Below are positions 26,891-35,104 of a stretch of DNA of 64,000 nt, piece after piece; the first letter of the stretch is position 1; every line of letters starts with the position of its first letter. Source of the DNA: an uncultured Planctomycetaceae bacterium. GTDB taxonomy: Bacteria; Planctomycetota; Phycisphaerae; SM23-33. The translations under genes and the position numbers were made by a program. Location: positions 461-64,460 of the forward strand of contig CAYNYF010000009.1 of assembly GCA_964401385.1 (NCBI GenBank), given 5' to 3'. The notes under the pieces are model-generated. The model did not search any database. It was not told the DNA's origin and was given only the letters and a program-made list of their open reading frames with translations.

Positions 26891-29800
26891 TTACGGTTGC
26901 CTTGTGTCTTCAGCCCGGATCTGCTCGTAGACATCCTTCAGCAGGTGCTGGCTCACCGCCTCGCGGAACTGATCCTCGTTCATGAACTTGGCGGCGATCT
27001 CCTCGTTCTGATCCATGCGGTCGATGAACAGGCCCTCCAGCGCCTTGCGGAAGACGTAGCCGAAATTCTCCATCGTGTTCGCCAAGGCGGCCTGCCGGAG
27101 GCTGCCATCGGCCATGGCGTCTTCGCGGATCGAGTCGAAGAAGAGCTGGTCGCCAGGCTTGAACTCGGTACCGAAGCGTTCATTCAGGATGTCGATCAAC
27201 CGGGAGAGCTCGATCTCGTTGCCGCGGGCAACGCCTGTGCCCACTGCCGTCGGGCCGGACACCGGCTCCGCCCTGCCCGGCTCCAACTGGATCGATCCCT
27301 CGCCGATCTTCTGGAGGCGATAGTACTTCAACGCGACCTCGTCATCGAAGTGGTAAACGCGCCCCCGATCCCCCCTCGGCAACTTGGTCAGCAGGAAACG
27401 GACATAAGAATACAGCTTCTCCAGGTCGGTATCCTGGAACGGGATGACCTGCGACAAGAAGGAGTAGAGGTTCCGGTAGGCCACCAGCGTATTTCGGAAC
27501 TCCTCGCGGTCTTCCTCGCCGAGGGCGTTGTACCGCCTCACAGCCGGATCGATGCAGGCGTTCATCCGGGCATGGTCGGCCGGGGTCTGGTTGCGCCGCG
27601 GCTTGTAGAAGACCTTGGCGAATTCCTCTACCTCGGCCTTGTAGTAGACCTGTTGGGCGTCGAGCTTGGCCTGGAGCTCGTACAACTGCCTCGGGTCGGC
27701 CTGCTCGCCGACCAGCGTACGCTCGTAGTAGGGCTGGAACGCGGCCAGAATCTCGTCCGGCTCGTTGACGAAATCCAGGACGAAGGTGTCCTCCTTACCC
27801 GGGTGCGTGCGGTTCAGCCTGGAGAGCGTCTGGACCGCCTGGATGCCCGCCAGGCGCTTGTCGACGTACATCGTGTGCAGCAACGGCTGATCGAAGCCGG
27901 TCTGGTACTTCTCAGCGACCAGCAACACCTGGTATTCGTCTGTACCGAAGCGATCGGGCAGTTCCTTCTCGCCAATGTGCTTGCCCTTGGCGTCCACGTT
28001 CATACCGGGCTCGGTGTATTCGACGCCGGGCGCGTCCGGATCGATGACCGTGCCCGAGAAGGCCACGAGCGTCTTGATCCCCGTGTACCCATTCTCCGCA
28101 ATGTACCTATCGAACGCCTGCTTGTACCGCACAGCGTGCAGGCGGCTGGAGGTCACGACCATCGCCTTGGCCCTGCCGCCGATCCTGTGCATGGTGAAGT
28201 GGCGGAAGTGCTCGACCATGACCTCGGTCTTCTGGGCGATATTGTGCGGGTGCAGGCTCATGAATCGCGCCAGTGCCCGAGCGGCCTTGCGCTTGTCGAC
28301 CTTCGGGTCGTCCTCGATGGACTTGATCAGGCGGTAGTACGTCTTGTACGTCGTGTAGTGCTCCAGCACGTCGAGGATGAAGTTCTCCTCGATGGCCTGC
28401 CGCATGCCGTAGAGGTGGAAGGGCTGCGGCTTGCCGTCTGCGCCCGGCTGGCCGAATACCTCCAGCGTCTTGTACTTCGGCGTGGCGGTAAAGGCGAAGA
28501 AGCTGATGTTCGGCTGCCGGCCGCGTTTGGCCATGGTGCGGAGGATTTCCTCCTCGTAGTCGGCCAGCCCCTCTGCCTCGGCCTTGGCCCGCGCCTGCTG
28601 CTTGATGGCCGCCCCGGCCAGCACGCCCTTGAGTTCGGTCGCGGTCTCGCCGCTCTGGGAGCTATGGGCCTCGTCCACAATCACGGCGTACCGTCGCTCG
28701 GGCAGATCGCCGATCTTCTCCGTCACGAAGGGGAACTTCTGGAGCGTGGTGACGACGATGGGTACTCCCGCGCCGAGGGCCTCGGCCAACTGCGTCGAGT
28801 TGATGTCGATCTTCTGCACCACGCCCTGCCTGTGCTCGAACTGATAGATCGTGTTCTGAAGCTGCTGGTCGAGCACGACGCGGTCGGTCACCACGACGAT
28901 GGAGTCAAAGACCTTCTCGTCCTTCTCGTCGTACAGACTGGCCAGTCGGTGCGCGAGCCATGCGATGGAGTTGCTCTTGCCGCTGCCGGCCGAGTGCTGC
29001 ACGAGATAGTTCGTCCCGACCCCGTGCTGCCGCGCATCAGCCACCATTCGCCGCACGCAGTCGAGCTGGTGATAGCGTGGGAAGATCATGGCCTCGCGCT
29101 TCACCTTCTTGCTGCCGAGCCGCCTTTCCTCGACCTGAAGGTGGATGGACCTCGCCAGGATGTCCAGGAAGCTGTGCCGCTCGAGCACTTCCTCCCAAAG
29201 GTAGGCGGTCTTGTAGCCGGCCGGGTTCTCCGGGTTGCCCCCGCCACCGGCACAGCCCCTGTTGAAGGGCAGAAAGCGCGTCTTGCTGCCCGACAGCCGC
29301 GTGGTCATGTAGACCTCGTCCGTGTCCACGGCGAAATGCACAAGCGCTCGCTTCTTGAACTGAAAGACCAGGTCCGTCGGATCGCGGTCGCTCTTGTATT
29401 GCGTGACCGCGTGCCGCCAGGTCTGGGCGGTCATTGGATTCTTCAGCTCGGCCGTGGCCACCGGAATGCCGTTGAGTGCCAGCGTCACATCAAGTGTATT
29501 GCCGTGCTTCGGCGAGTACCGCAGTTGCCGCGTGATCGTCAGCCGGTTGGCCTCGTACCGTTTCTTCGTCTCCGGGTTCATCCCACTGGCCGGGGCGAAG
29601 TAGCCCGCGTGAAACAGCTTACCGAAGCACTTGAACCCGTGCCGCAACACTGACAGGCAACCCTCGTGCTCCGAATCCAGCGCCCGGCAGAGGTCGTCCA
29701 GCACCGTTTCGGCGGCCCTATCCTTCTGGATGCCCTCCAGGTAGGCCCACTCATCCGGCTGCGTCGCCTTGATGAACGCCAACACGTCGGCCGGGAAGAT

Positions 29801-29911
29801 CGCCCGATGCGGATCGAAGCCATCGCGGTCGCCCTTGACGTACCCACCCGCTGTCGTCAGGTGGTGCTCGATGGCCGTTTCGAAGGCTATCTCTTTGTGG
29901 TCTACTGGCAT
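26891..29911 (-). CDS. hsdR: Type I restriction endonuclease subunit R
   Basis: AELKNP nuclease motif, PRYHQ, HSAGSGKS, DEAHSSQ, FTATP, TGFDQP, QTLSRLNR. Confidence 0.95.
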   Translation of the reverse strand: MPVDHKEIAFETAIEHHLTTAGGYVKGDRDGFDPHRAIFPADVLAFIKATQPDEWAYLEGIQKDRAAETVLDDLCRALDSEHEGCLSVLRHGFKCFGKLFHAGYFAPASGMNPETKKRYEANRLTITRQLRYSPKHGNTLDVTLALNGIPVATAELKNPMTAQTWRHAVTQYKSDRDPTDLVFQFKKRALVHFAVDTDEVYMTTRLSGSKTRFLPFNRGCAGGGGNPENPAGYKTAYLWEEVLERHSFLDILARSIHLQVEERRLGSKKVKREAMIFPRYHQLDCVRRMVADARQHGVGTNYLVQHSAGSGKSNSIAWLAHRLASLYDEKDEKVFDSIVVVTDRVVLDQQLQNTIYQFEHRQGVVQKIDINSTQLAEALGAGVPIVVTTLQKFPFVTEKIGDLPERRYAVIVDEAHSSQSGETATELKGVLAGAAIKQQARAKAEAEGLADYEEEILRTMAKRGRQPNISFFAFTATPKYKTLEVFGQPGADGKPQPFHLYGMRQAIEENFILDVLEHYTTYKTYYRLIKSIEDDPKVDKRKAARALARFMSLHPHNIAQKTEVMVEHFRHFTMHRIGGRAKAMVVTSSRLHAVRYKQAFDRYIAENGYTGIKTLVAFSGTVIDPDAPGVEYTEPGMNVDAKGKHIGEKELPDRFGTDEYQVLLVAEKYQTGFDQPLLHTMYVDKRLAGIQAVQTLSRLNRTHPGKEDTFVLDFVNEPDEILAAFQPYYERTLVGEQADPRQLYELQAKLDAQQVYYKAEVEEFAKVFYKPRRNQTPADHARMNACIDPAVRRYNALGEEDREEFRNTLVAYRNLYSFLSQVIPFQDTDLEKLYSYVRFLLTKLPRGDRGRVYHFDDEVALKYYRLQKIGEGSIQLEPGRAEPVSGPTAVGTGVARGNEIELSRLIDILNERFGTEFKPGDQLFFDSIREDAMADGSLRQAALANTMENFGYVFRKALEGLFIDRMDQNEEIAAKFMNEDQFREAVSQHLLKDVYEQIRAEDTRQP

Positions 29912-29930
29912 CGCAGTTCTCCGGTCAATC

Positions 29931-30572
29931 TCACAGCTCTATGACCGCCGCCACGAGCTTGTAGCAGGTAGGGGGCTTCTCCTTGGGGTTGTGCGTCCAT
30001 GGCTTGGTCATGCTCACCGTTAGAAGGCATTTCTTGCCGATCTTCTCTCGGGCCTCTAGGCGACGGGTGATGATAGGGTCGGTGATCTTCAGCGAGTAAT
30101 GATTGCCGTCTCCGTCTCGGAAATGCGCTACCCAACGATGGGGGTCGTAGTAGTGTCGCCCAAACTCCAGCCACTTCGGCCTAACCAGCTGCAGCGACTT
30201 CCACTCGGAAGGTGGTTTGGCCTCCAGGACAGCCGTAGCGACACGGTCATTCGGTGAATGGAGGATTGGTGAAAGGTCCTCGACGAACTGATCCAGTGCA
30301 CTTGCTTTGAGGCGACGTTTGACCTGCCAGTCCCAGTTCCGGATGGTCTGGTTCTCGCGCTGGAATTCTGCAATGGTGCGTGGCTGGATCAGGTCGCATT
30401 CCAAGATATCTCTGATCGACAGCATCTTGCCGTTAACGATGCATCTCATCGTGGGGATGCCGTCACCCGTCTTTGTAACCGGGCGTACCCATTGCCTGGT
30501 GTCCAGATCAATGCCCGCAAGACACATTCCATCAGGACGCTTCGAATTGGCTAGTATTGCGATTCGCGCCAT
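29931..30572 (-). CDS. Dual OB-fold-containing protein
   Basis: ILANSKRPDGMCLAG..QWVRPV, EN, SLQLV, LKITDP, YKLVAAVI. Confidence 0.7.
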   Translation of the reverse strand: MARIAILANSKRPDGMCLAGIDLDTRQWVRPVTKTGDGIPTMRCIVNGKMLSIRDILECDLIQPRTIAEFQRENQTIRNWDWQVKRRLKASALDQFVEDLSPILHSPNDRVATAVLEAKPPSEWKSLQLVRPKWLEFGRHYYDPHRWVAHFRDGDGNHYSLKITDPIITRRLEAREKIGKKCLLTVSMTKPWTHNPKEKPPTCYKLVAAVIEL

Positions 30573-30584
30573 GGATCACCCCGT

Positions 30585-31055
30585 TCACAAATGCTTGATC
30601 TCTACGTTGCCCCATCTGCGGCGCAGGTGCTCGGCAACGAGTCGTCGATGGCAATTCTCAGGCGTGGCCTCGCTGCACAGCAGGCACGCGTGGTCAAACT
30701 CGTCTGGCAGGTGGTGCGTCTCCGGAGAACGCTGCTCCATCAGCGCGTTAAACTGCCGCTCGTAGTCGGCCCAGTCCATCTCCTTCTGCTTCTTGAAGCT
30801 GTCGAGGATGTCCTTCGTCGGGGCCAGGTCATCGAAGTGGGCGTAGTCGATGCCCGTGATCACACGCAGGAAGTACTCCAGGTCCTTCTTCTTCGTGAAC
30901 CCAGCCAACTGCGAGACGTTGTTCAGTCGCACATCGATCAGGCGCTTCACGCCGGCCGTCTGGAGCTTCTCGAAGAACTCCTGGGCCGTCTTGCCCGCGA
31001 AGCCGATCGTGAAGATCGTGATGGGCTTGGCGTCTGTGCTAGTGGGCTCGTTCAT
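30585..31055 (-). CDS. DUF488 family protein
   Basis: IFTIGF, LIDVRLNNVSQLAGF, LAPT, CLLCSE...CHRRLVAE. Confidence 0.88.
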   Translation of the reverse strand: MNEPTSTDAKPITIFTIGFAGKTAQEFFEKLQTAGVKRLIDVRLNNVSQLAGFTKKKDLEYFLRVITGIDYAHFDDLAPTKDILDSFKKQKEMDWADYERQFNALMEQRSPETHHLPDEFDHACLLCSEATPENCHRRLVAEHLRRRWGNVEIKHL

Positions 31056-31713
31056 TCGAGGCTCCCTCTGCATCCATGCGGTAAGCGATCTGCTTCCCGC
31101 GTTCCTCATATGCTCGTTCGATCAGGTCTTCTTCCTTCACATCCTGCTGGAACAGGTCGGGCCCGATCTCCATCATCCGCATGAGCCGCTTCTCGGTATC
31201 CGCGTGTTCTTCCAGCGTGCCATCTGCAAGGATGTGCCGAATGTGCAAGCCATGCGGCCGCAGGTGACGACAGATCAGAACTGTGCGGTGGCAGTCCAGG
31301 GGCTCCTTCTCCGCGCACATCAGCGCGATCGTGTATCGCTCAGCGCCCTTCAGTAGCCGATCAATCCCCTCGCGGAACAGCGGCAACTGGGCCACCCGCT
31401 CGTACACCGCCTGGCCGTCGACGTAGCACTCGGGCTCGTCCCGCCGGGCCCCGAGTTCACGGCCGAGGGGAACGTACTGAATGCCTTTTCGCTTAAGTGT
31501 TGCCGCCACAGCGTCCCGGTTGTACTCTGGCAAGCGGCTGAACGGCTGCGACCGCACATCCGCGACGGCGGTCACACCATGGCGGGCGAGCAATTCGAGG
31601 AAGGTCTCAATCTGATGCGTGGAGTAGCCTATCGTATAGATGGGCCGGCCCGCCACCGTCAGGTGGTGCTCGATGGTGGTTTCGACTGCCTTTTCCTGAT
31701 GGTCAACAGACAT
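31039..31713 (-). CDS. DUF488 family protein with HsdR-like N-terminal peptide
   Basis: IYTIGYSTH, VADVRSQPFSR, ELGAR, ALMCAEKEPLDCHR. Confidence 0.88.
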   Translation of the reverse strand: MSVDHQEKAVETTIEHHLTVAGRPIYTIGYSTHQIETFLELLARHGVTAVADVRSQPFSRLPEYNRDAVAATLKRKGIQYVPLGRELGARRDEPECYVDGQAVYERVAQLPLFREGIDRLLKGAERYTIALMCAEKEPLDCHRTVLICRHLRPHGLHIRHILADGTLEEHADTEKRLMRMMEIGPDLFQQDVKEEDLIERAYEERGKQIAYRMDAEGASNERAH

Positions 31714-31716
31714 ACG

Positions 31717-32511
31717 CTACCTCTTCTCCGGAAAGAGGCTGGCCAGCCGCCTGGCGATGGTCCAGACGGGTGTGAACACGATGTCGGGATCGCCGATGTC
31801 AGTCTTTGGGCCTTTGAGAATTCCTGCCAAGGCAACGCCGCCTCCGTTCACTGGAATCCAGAGGCCAGACCCACTCATCCCCTTGAGACTTCGCGACGCC
31901 CCTTTGGGTTTGATCTTGTTGGCTTTCTCCCGTTCGGCCTCGTGCCACACAACGACTTCGTGTTCCTCGAAACGGGCCGTGATTTCATGCTCTTCGACGG
32001 CAATGACTTCGCCCTTGGCCGTATAGGCGAACGGATCGAAGAGCATCGTATCACCGACCTGCTCATACTGAGACTCAGCGGCCCAAATCCCGGTGATGAT
32101 GCCTGAGGCCGACATCGGCAGTTGCTCGCGTGTCAGTACCGAGCCTGCCTTCAAATCCACAAACGCTCGTCGGTTGTCCCGTACCCGCTCAGGGTCGGCC
32201 TGGAAGAAAGCAAGGTCCGCAACCGTCCACACCGCGAGCGGCCAAGATGGACTTGAAGCAGGCATCGAAGCCAGCCCTTGGAGCGTTGCTGCTATCGCGG
32301 GAGAGTTGACGTACCAGAGGTCGCTCTTGGCCTCGACATGACGGCAGGTCACCGCGAAACAGTGATCGCCGAACTCCACGTACACTGAACTGGCTGCCCC
32401 GCAGTGCCACGATCCATCCAACGCCAATGATCGCGTAAGCACGAGGCCTGTGTGCCGGAGCGCCTGGTTCACGAGAGGGGCTATCTGTTGGCCGATCGAG
32501 CTCTTCACCAC
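31717..32511 (-). CDS. Trypsin-like serine protease domain protein
   Basis: Triad-like motifs VTCRHV, ADLA, GMSGSGLW; start overlaps the hsdS stop. Confidence 0.65.
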   Translation of the reverse strand: MVKSSIGQQIAPLVNQALRHTGLVLTRSLALDGSWHCGAASSVYVEFGDHCFAVTCRHVEAKSDLWYVNSPAIAATLQGLASMPASSPSWPLAVWTVADLAFFQADPERVRDNRRAFVDLKAGSVLTREQLPMSASGIITGIWAAESQYEQVGDTMLFDPFAYTAKGEVIAVEEHEITARFEEHEVVVWHEAEREKANKIKPKGASRSLKGMSGSGLWIPVNGGGVALAGILKGPKTDIGDPDIVFTPVWTIARRLASLFPEKR

Positions 32512-33827
32512 GCCACCTCCCCTCGAACGTCGATCTTGCCCGTCACCGCTGCGGCGATCAACGCTGTCCGGTGCTCCCGCAGCGTCTCGATGGAGTTGCT
32601 AATCTTGTTGGCCATCGCGTCCAGCGTGCCCGTCTCAGAAGTGAGCGCATCGGTAATCTGATGCTGCTCTTCGACCGGCGGATGTGGCAGCGCAATCGTG
32701 CCAAGGTCCTCCGCTGTCAGTTTCGGTTGAGCCGCCCCTGAAATCAGCGGAGTGTAGTCGAACGTCCGCAACACGCCTTCCCAGTACACAAGCGGCCCTT
32801 GCAGCGGCTTCAAGATGTGCGCATGGTTGTTCACCCAGTATCTTCCAGTTGCGATGAACGCTAGCGGTGTCGAGCGCGACAGGAGATTAGCCCCATCTTC
32901 AGCAACAAGGATCAAGGGCTCATCAAAGATGTAGTCCTCAACAGCATCAATGACGCCTGATGCACCGTAGTACGGATACGTCTTCTCCATATCCGCTCTG
33001 ACTTCAGACGAAAGTGGTACGCGTCGGTAATCGAAGTTACGGAAGAGATATTTGAGGCGGCAGACTCCCCAATGCGCCGGAATCTGGCCCAACCATTCGA
33101 CGCCGGAATCTTTCATGGGGGCGGAGGGGTCCAGGCCCTTGGTGACCGCGTGGCTGATCAGGGCGGAGCGCTTCTCCTGGAGCAACCCGATCTGCCGCTG
33201 CTTCTTTTCAATCAACGCGTCGATCCGCAGCGTCTCCCGATCCAGAAACGCCGCGATAGCCTTCTGCTCGTTAAGCGGGGGCACAGGGAAGAGGCCATTG
33301 TCCAGCCAGTACTTACCCAAGCCGAAGCGTGTGATGCCGTTGGTGGCAACACGAAACTGATCGTTGATGCCGCGCGAGCGGAACGCTCGGAACAGGTACT
33401 CCCCCAGCACTTTGCGCAGATCGGGGCGGATGTGGGCGAGGTGGTAACCACAGAGGACACCATCGACTTCTTCGGCGACATAGGCGGGGACCGCAATGTC
33501 GTCCCATGCCTCAGAGTCTTTGGTGATCAGCACGTCGCCCTGGCGGAGTTTGAACCGCTCGACCTCGCTCCGCGTGGCCGTAGCCGCCATGAAGTCGAGC
33601 CCCCCCTTGATCCAGTCATTGTAGTACACGTCCACGTAGTTGCAGAGGCGGACTGGTTGTTCATCGTCGACGGTGTGCTTGTCCACGCTACTGAACTGCA
33701 CGGAGGCGATGTGCTTGAGGCGGTGGACATCCCAGTGCTCGGGAATATCACCGACCCAGTCCATCCCGGACGGCTTATACGCCGGGTAGGTCGCTCGCTT
33801 GCCTGTCCGGACAGTCGGGCGGGTCAT
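32505..33827 (-). CDS. hsdS: Type I R-M specificity subunit
   Basis: YKPSGMDWVGDIPEHW / MKDSGVEWLGQIPAHW repeats, PPLNEQ, PPVEEQ, AAVTGKIDVR; two TRDs. Confidence 0.95.
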   Translation of the reverse strand: MTRPTVRTGKRATYPAYKPSGMDWVGDIPEHWDVHRLKHIASVQFSSVDKHTVDDEQPVRLCNYVDVYYNDWIKGGLDFMAATATRSEVERFKLRQGDVLITKDSEAWDDIAVPAYVAEEVDGVLCGYHLAHIRPDLRKVLGEYLFRAFRSRGINDQFRVATNGITRFGLGKYWLDNGLFPVPPLNEQKAIAAFLDRETLRIDALIEKKQRQIGLLQEKRSALISHAVTKGLDPSAPMKDSGVEWLGQIPAHWGVCRLKYLFRNFDYRRVPLSSEVRADMEKTYPYYGASGVIDAVEDYIFDEPLILVAEDGANLLSRSTPLAFIATGRYWVNNHAHILKPLQGPLVYWEGVLRTFDYTPLISGAAQPKLTAEDLGTIALPHPPVEEQHQITDALTSETGTLDAMANKISNSIETLREHRTALIAAAVTGKIDVRGEVAW

Positions 33828-35104
33828 GCGTTCCTCCCCGAGAGCTTCTTCTTGCCGCTCTGCCGGGACTTCCTTGCCATCTTCTTCTTGACCCTTTTGC
33901 GTGGCTTCCTGCCGCCGCTTTTCTTGAAGCGGTCAAGCATGGCCTTGATGTTCTCCAGAAGGTCATCGTAGAAGATGATGTCGATGTTCTTCAGACTGTC
34001 GTTGAGGACACGGAAGTCCTCCTGCATCTTCTCTGCCGTAAGCTGCGCCCGCATGCCCGCAATCACGAAGCCACGAGGGCGGACAATCTTGATCTGCTGG
34101 CCGAGTTCGCGTCGAATCTTGTCCGCCAAGTCAAGGCAATGGCGTGTTGTCATGTCGATGTAATTCTCAACTTGCGCAATTGCCTTGCAGACTTCGACCG
34201 TCCAGTAGTAGTTGTTTCGGCTCTTGTCGTGCTGCAGGATGGTGGTCTGGGGCTTCTTGATCTCATAGATGTCGAGATACCCGTACGGGTCCACCAGCAT
34301 GAAATCCGGGTACTTACCGTCGAGATCGACGCTTTGCTTTTCGATGACAGCCGCATAGCTGTGGAGGAGTATCAAGATGTGCTGCCGGAGGAGTCTCTGC
34401 CATGTGTTCTCGGTGCTCTTCGTCTTGAGCTTCCGTTCGTACTCCTCAACGACCTTGCCCAGGTAGATTGTCTGGGTCGCCCCAAGACCGTCCTTGGCAA
34501 AGGCGATGTTGGTGGTTGACCGAAGCGAGAAGTCCATGGCCTTGACAAACTCAGGGATGAACTCCTGAATCGCTCTGCGGTCGCTCGTCGACAGGTGCTC
34601 GATAATCTCTGGCGTGTTCAGGATGCGAGCCAGCGTTCCCGGCGCATAGCTCGTGAACTCTTTGCTAGACCCCTTGAAGACCTTTGGGAATGTCTTTTGA
34701 AGGAAGGCTTCGACAAGCTCACGAAGTTCCTGATTCCGCTCCTGCCGAAGCCCTCGATACCCGCTGTTGAGAGCTCGCAGGTCGTCATGGTTAAGCGTAA
34801 CTCTGACGCTCTTCTGGTTCTTACGGATCGATGAGTTCTGGTCTGCGGCAATGCATAGGCGAAGCTTGGCGCCGTACTTGTCGCTGAGTTGATCCAGCAA
34901 TCGCGACCCAGCTGCAGTAATCCCACGTCCATCCGTGTATAGGCCGGAGGGAAGAGATTCGACGCCCCGAAGTTCCACCTCTCTCAGCCACTTGCGCTGC
35001 CAGCTGTCGGGATTGATATGATAGATGCCACGCTTTCGCGTTCGGTCGATGCGGTAGATCGTGCTCCCGTCGTCTCGCTTCTTCTCGATGATCCGCTTTG
35101 TCAT
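33824..35104 (-). CDS. sduA: Shedu anti-phage nuclease (DUF4263)
   Basis: ENTWQRLL, YPDFML...IYEIKKP, AIAQVENY, IIFYDDLL; ATGA-coupled to both hsdM and hsdS. Confidence 0.85.
   Translation of the reverse strand: MTKRIIEKKRDDGSTIYRIDRTRKRGIYHINPDSWQRKWLREVELRGVESLPSGLYTDGRGITAAGSRLLDQLSDKYGAKLRLCIAADQNSSIRKNQKSVRVTLNHDDLRALNSGYRGLRQERNQELRELVEAFLQKTFPKVFKGSSKEFTSYAPGTLARILNTPEIIEHLSTSDRRAIQEFIPEFVKAMDFSLRSTTNIAFAKDGLGATQTIYLGKVVEEYERKLKTKSTENTWQRLLRQHILILLHSYAAVIEKQSVDLDGKYPDFMLVDPYGYLDIYEIKKPQTTILQHDKSRNNYYWTVEVCKAIAQVENYIDMTTRHCLDLADKIRRELGQQIKIVRPRGFVIAGMRAQLTAEKMQEDFRVLNDSLKNIDIIFYDDLLENIKAMLDRFKKSGGRKPRKRVKKKMARKSRQSGKKKLSGRNA

Noticed and set aside
26822-29653. 943-aa plus-strand ORF
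   Set aside because: Antisense shadow of hsdR; long shadow ORFs are expected in GC-rich DNA and it has no recognisable motifs.
32505-33827. Phase-variable hsdS shufflon driven by the serine recombinase
   Set aside because: Single hsdS, with no silent TRD copies or inverted repeats noticed; the recombinase has large-integrase architecture.
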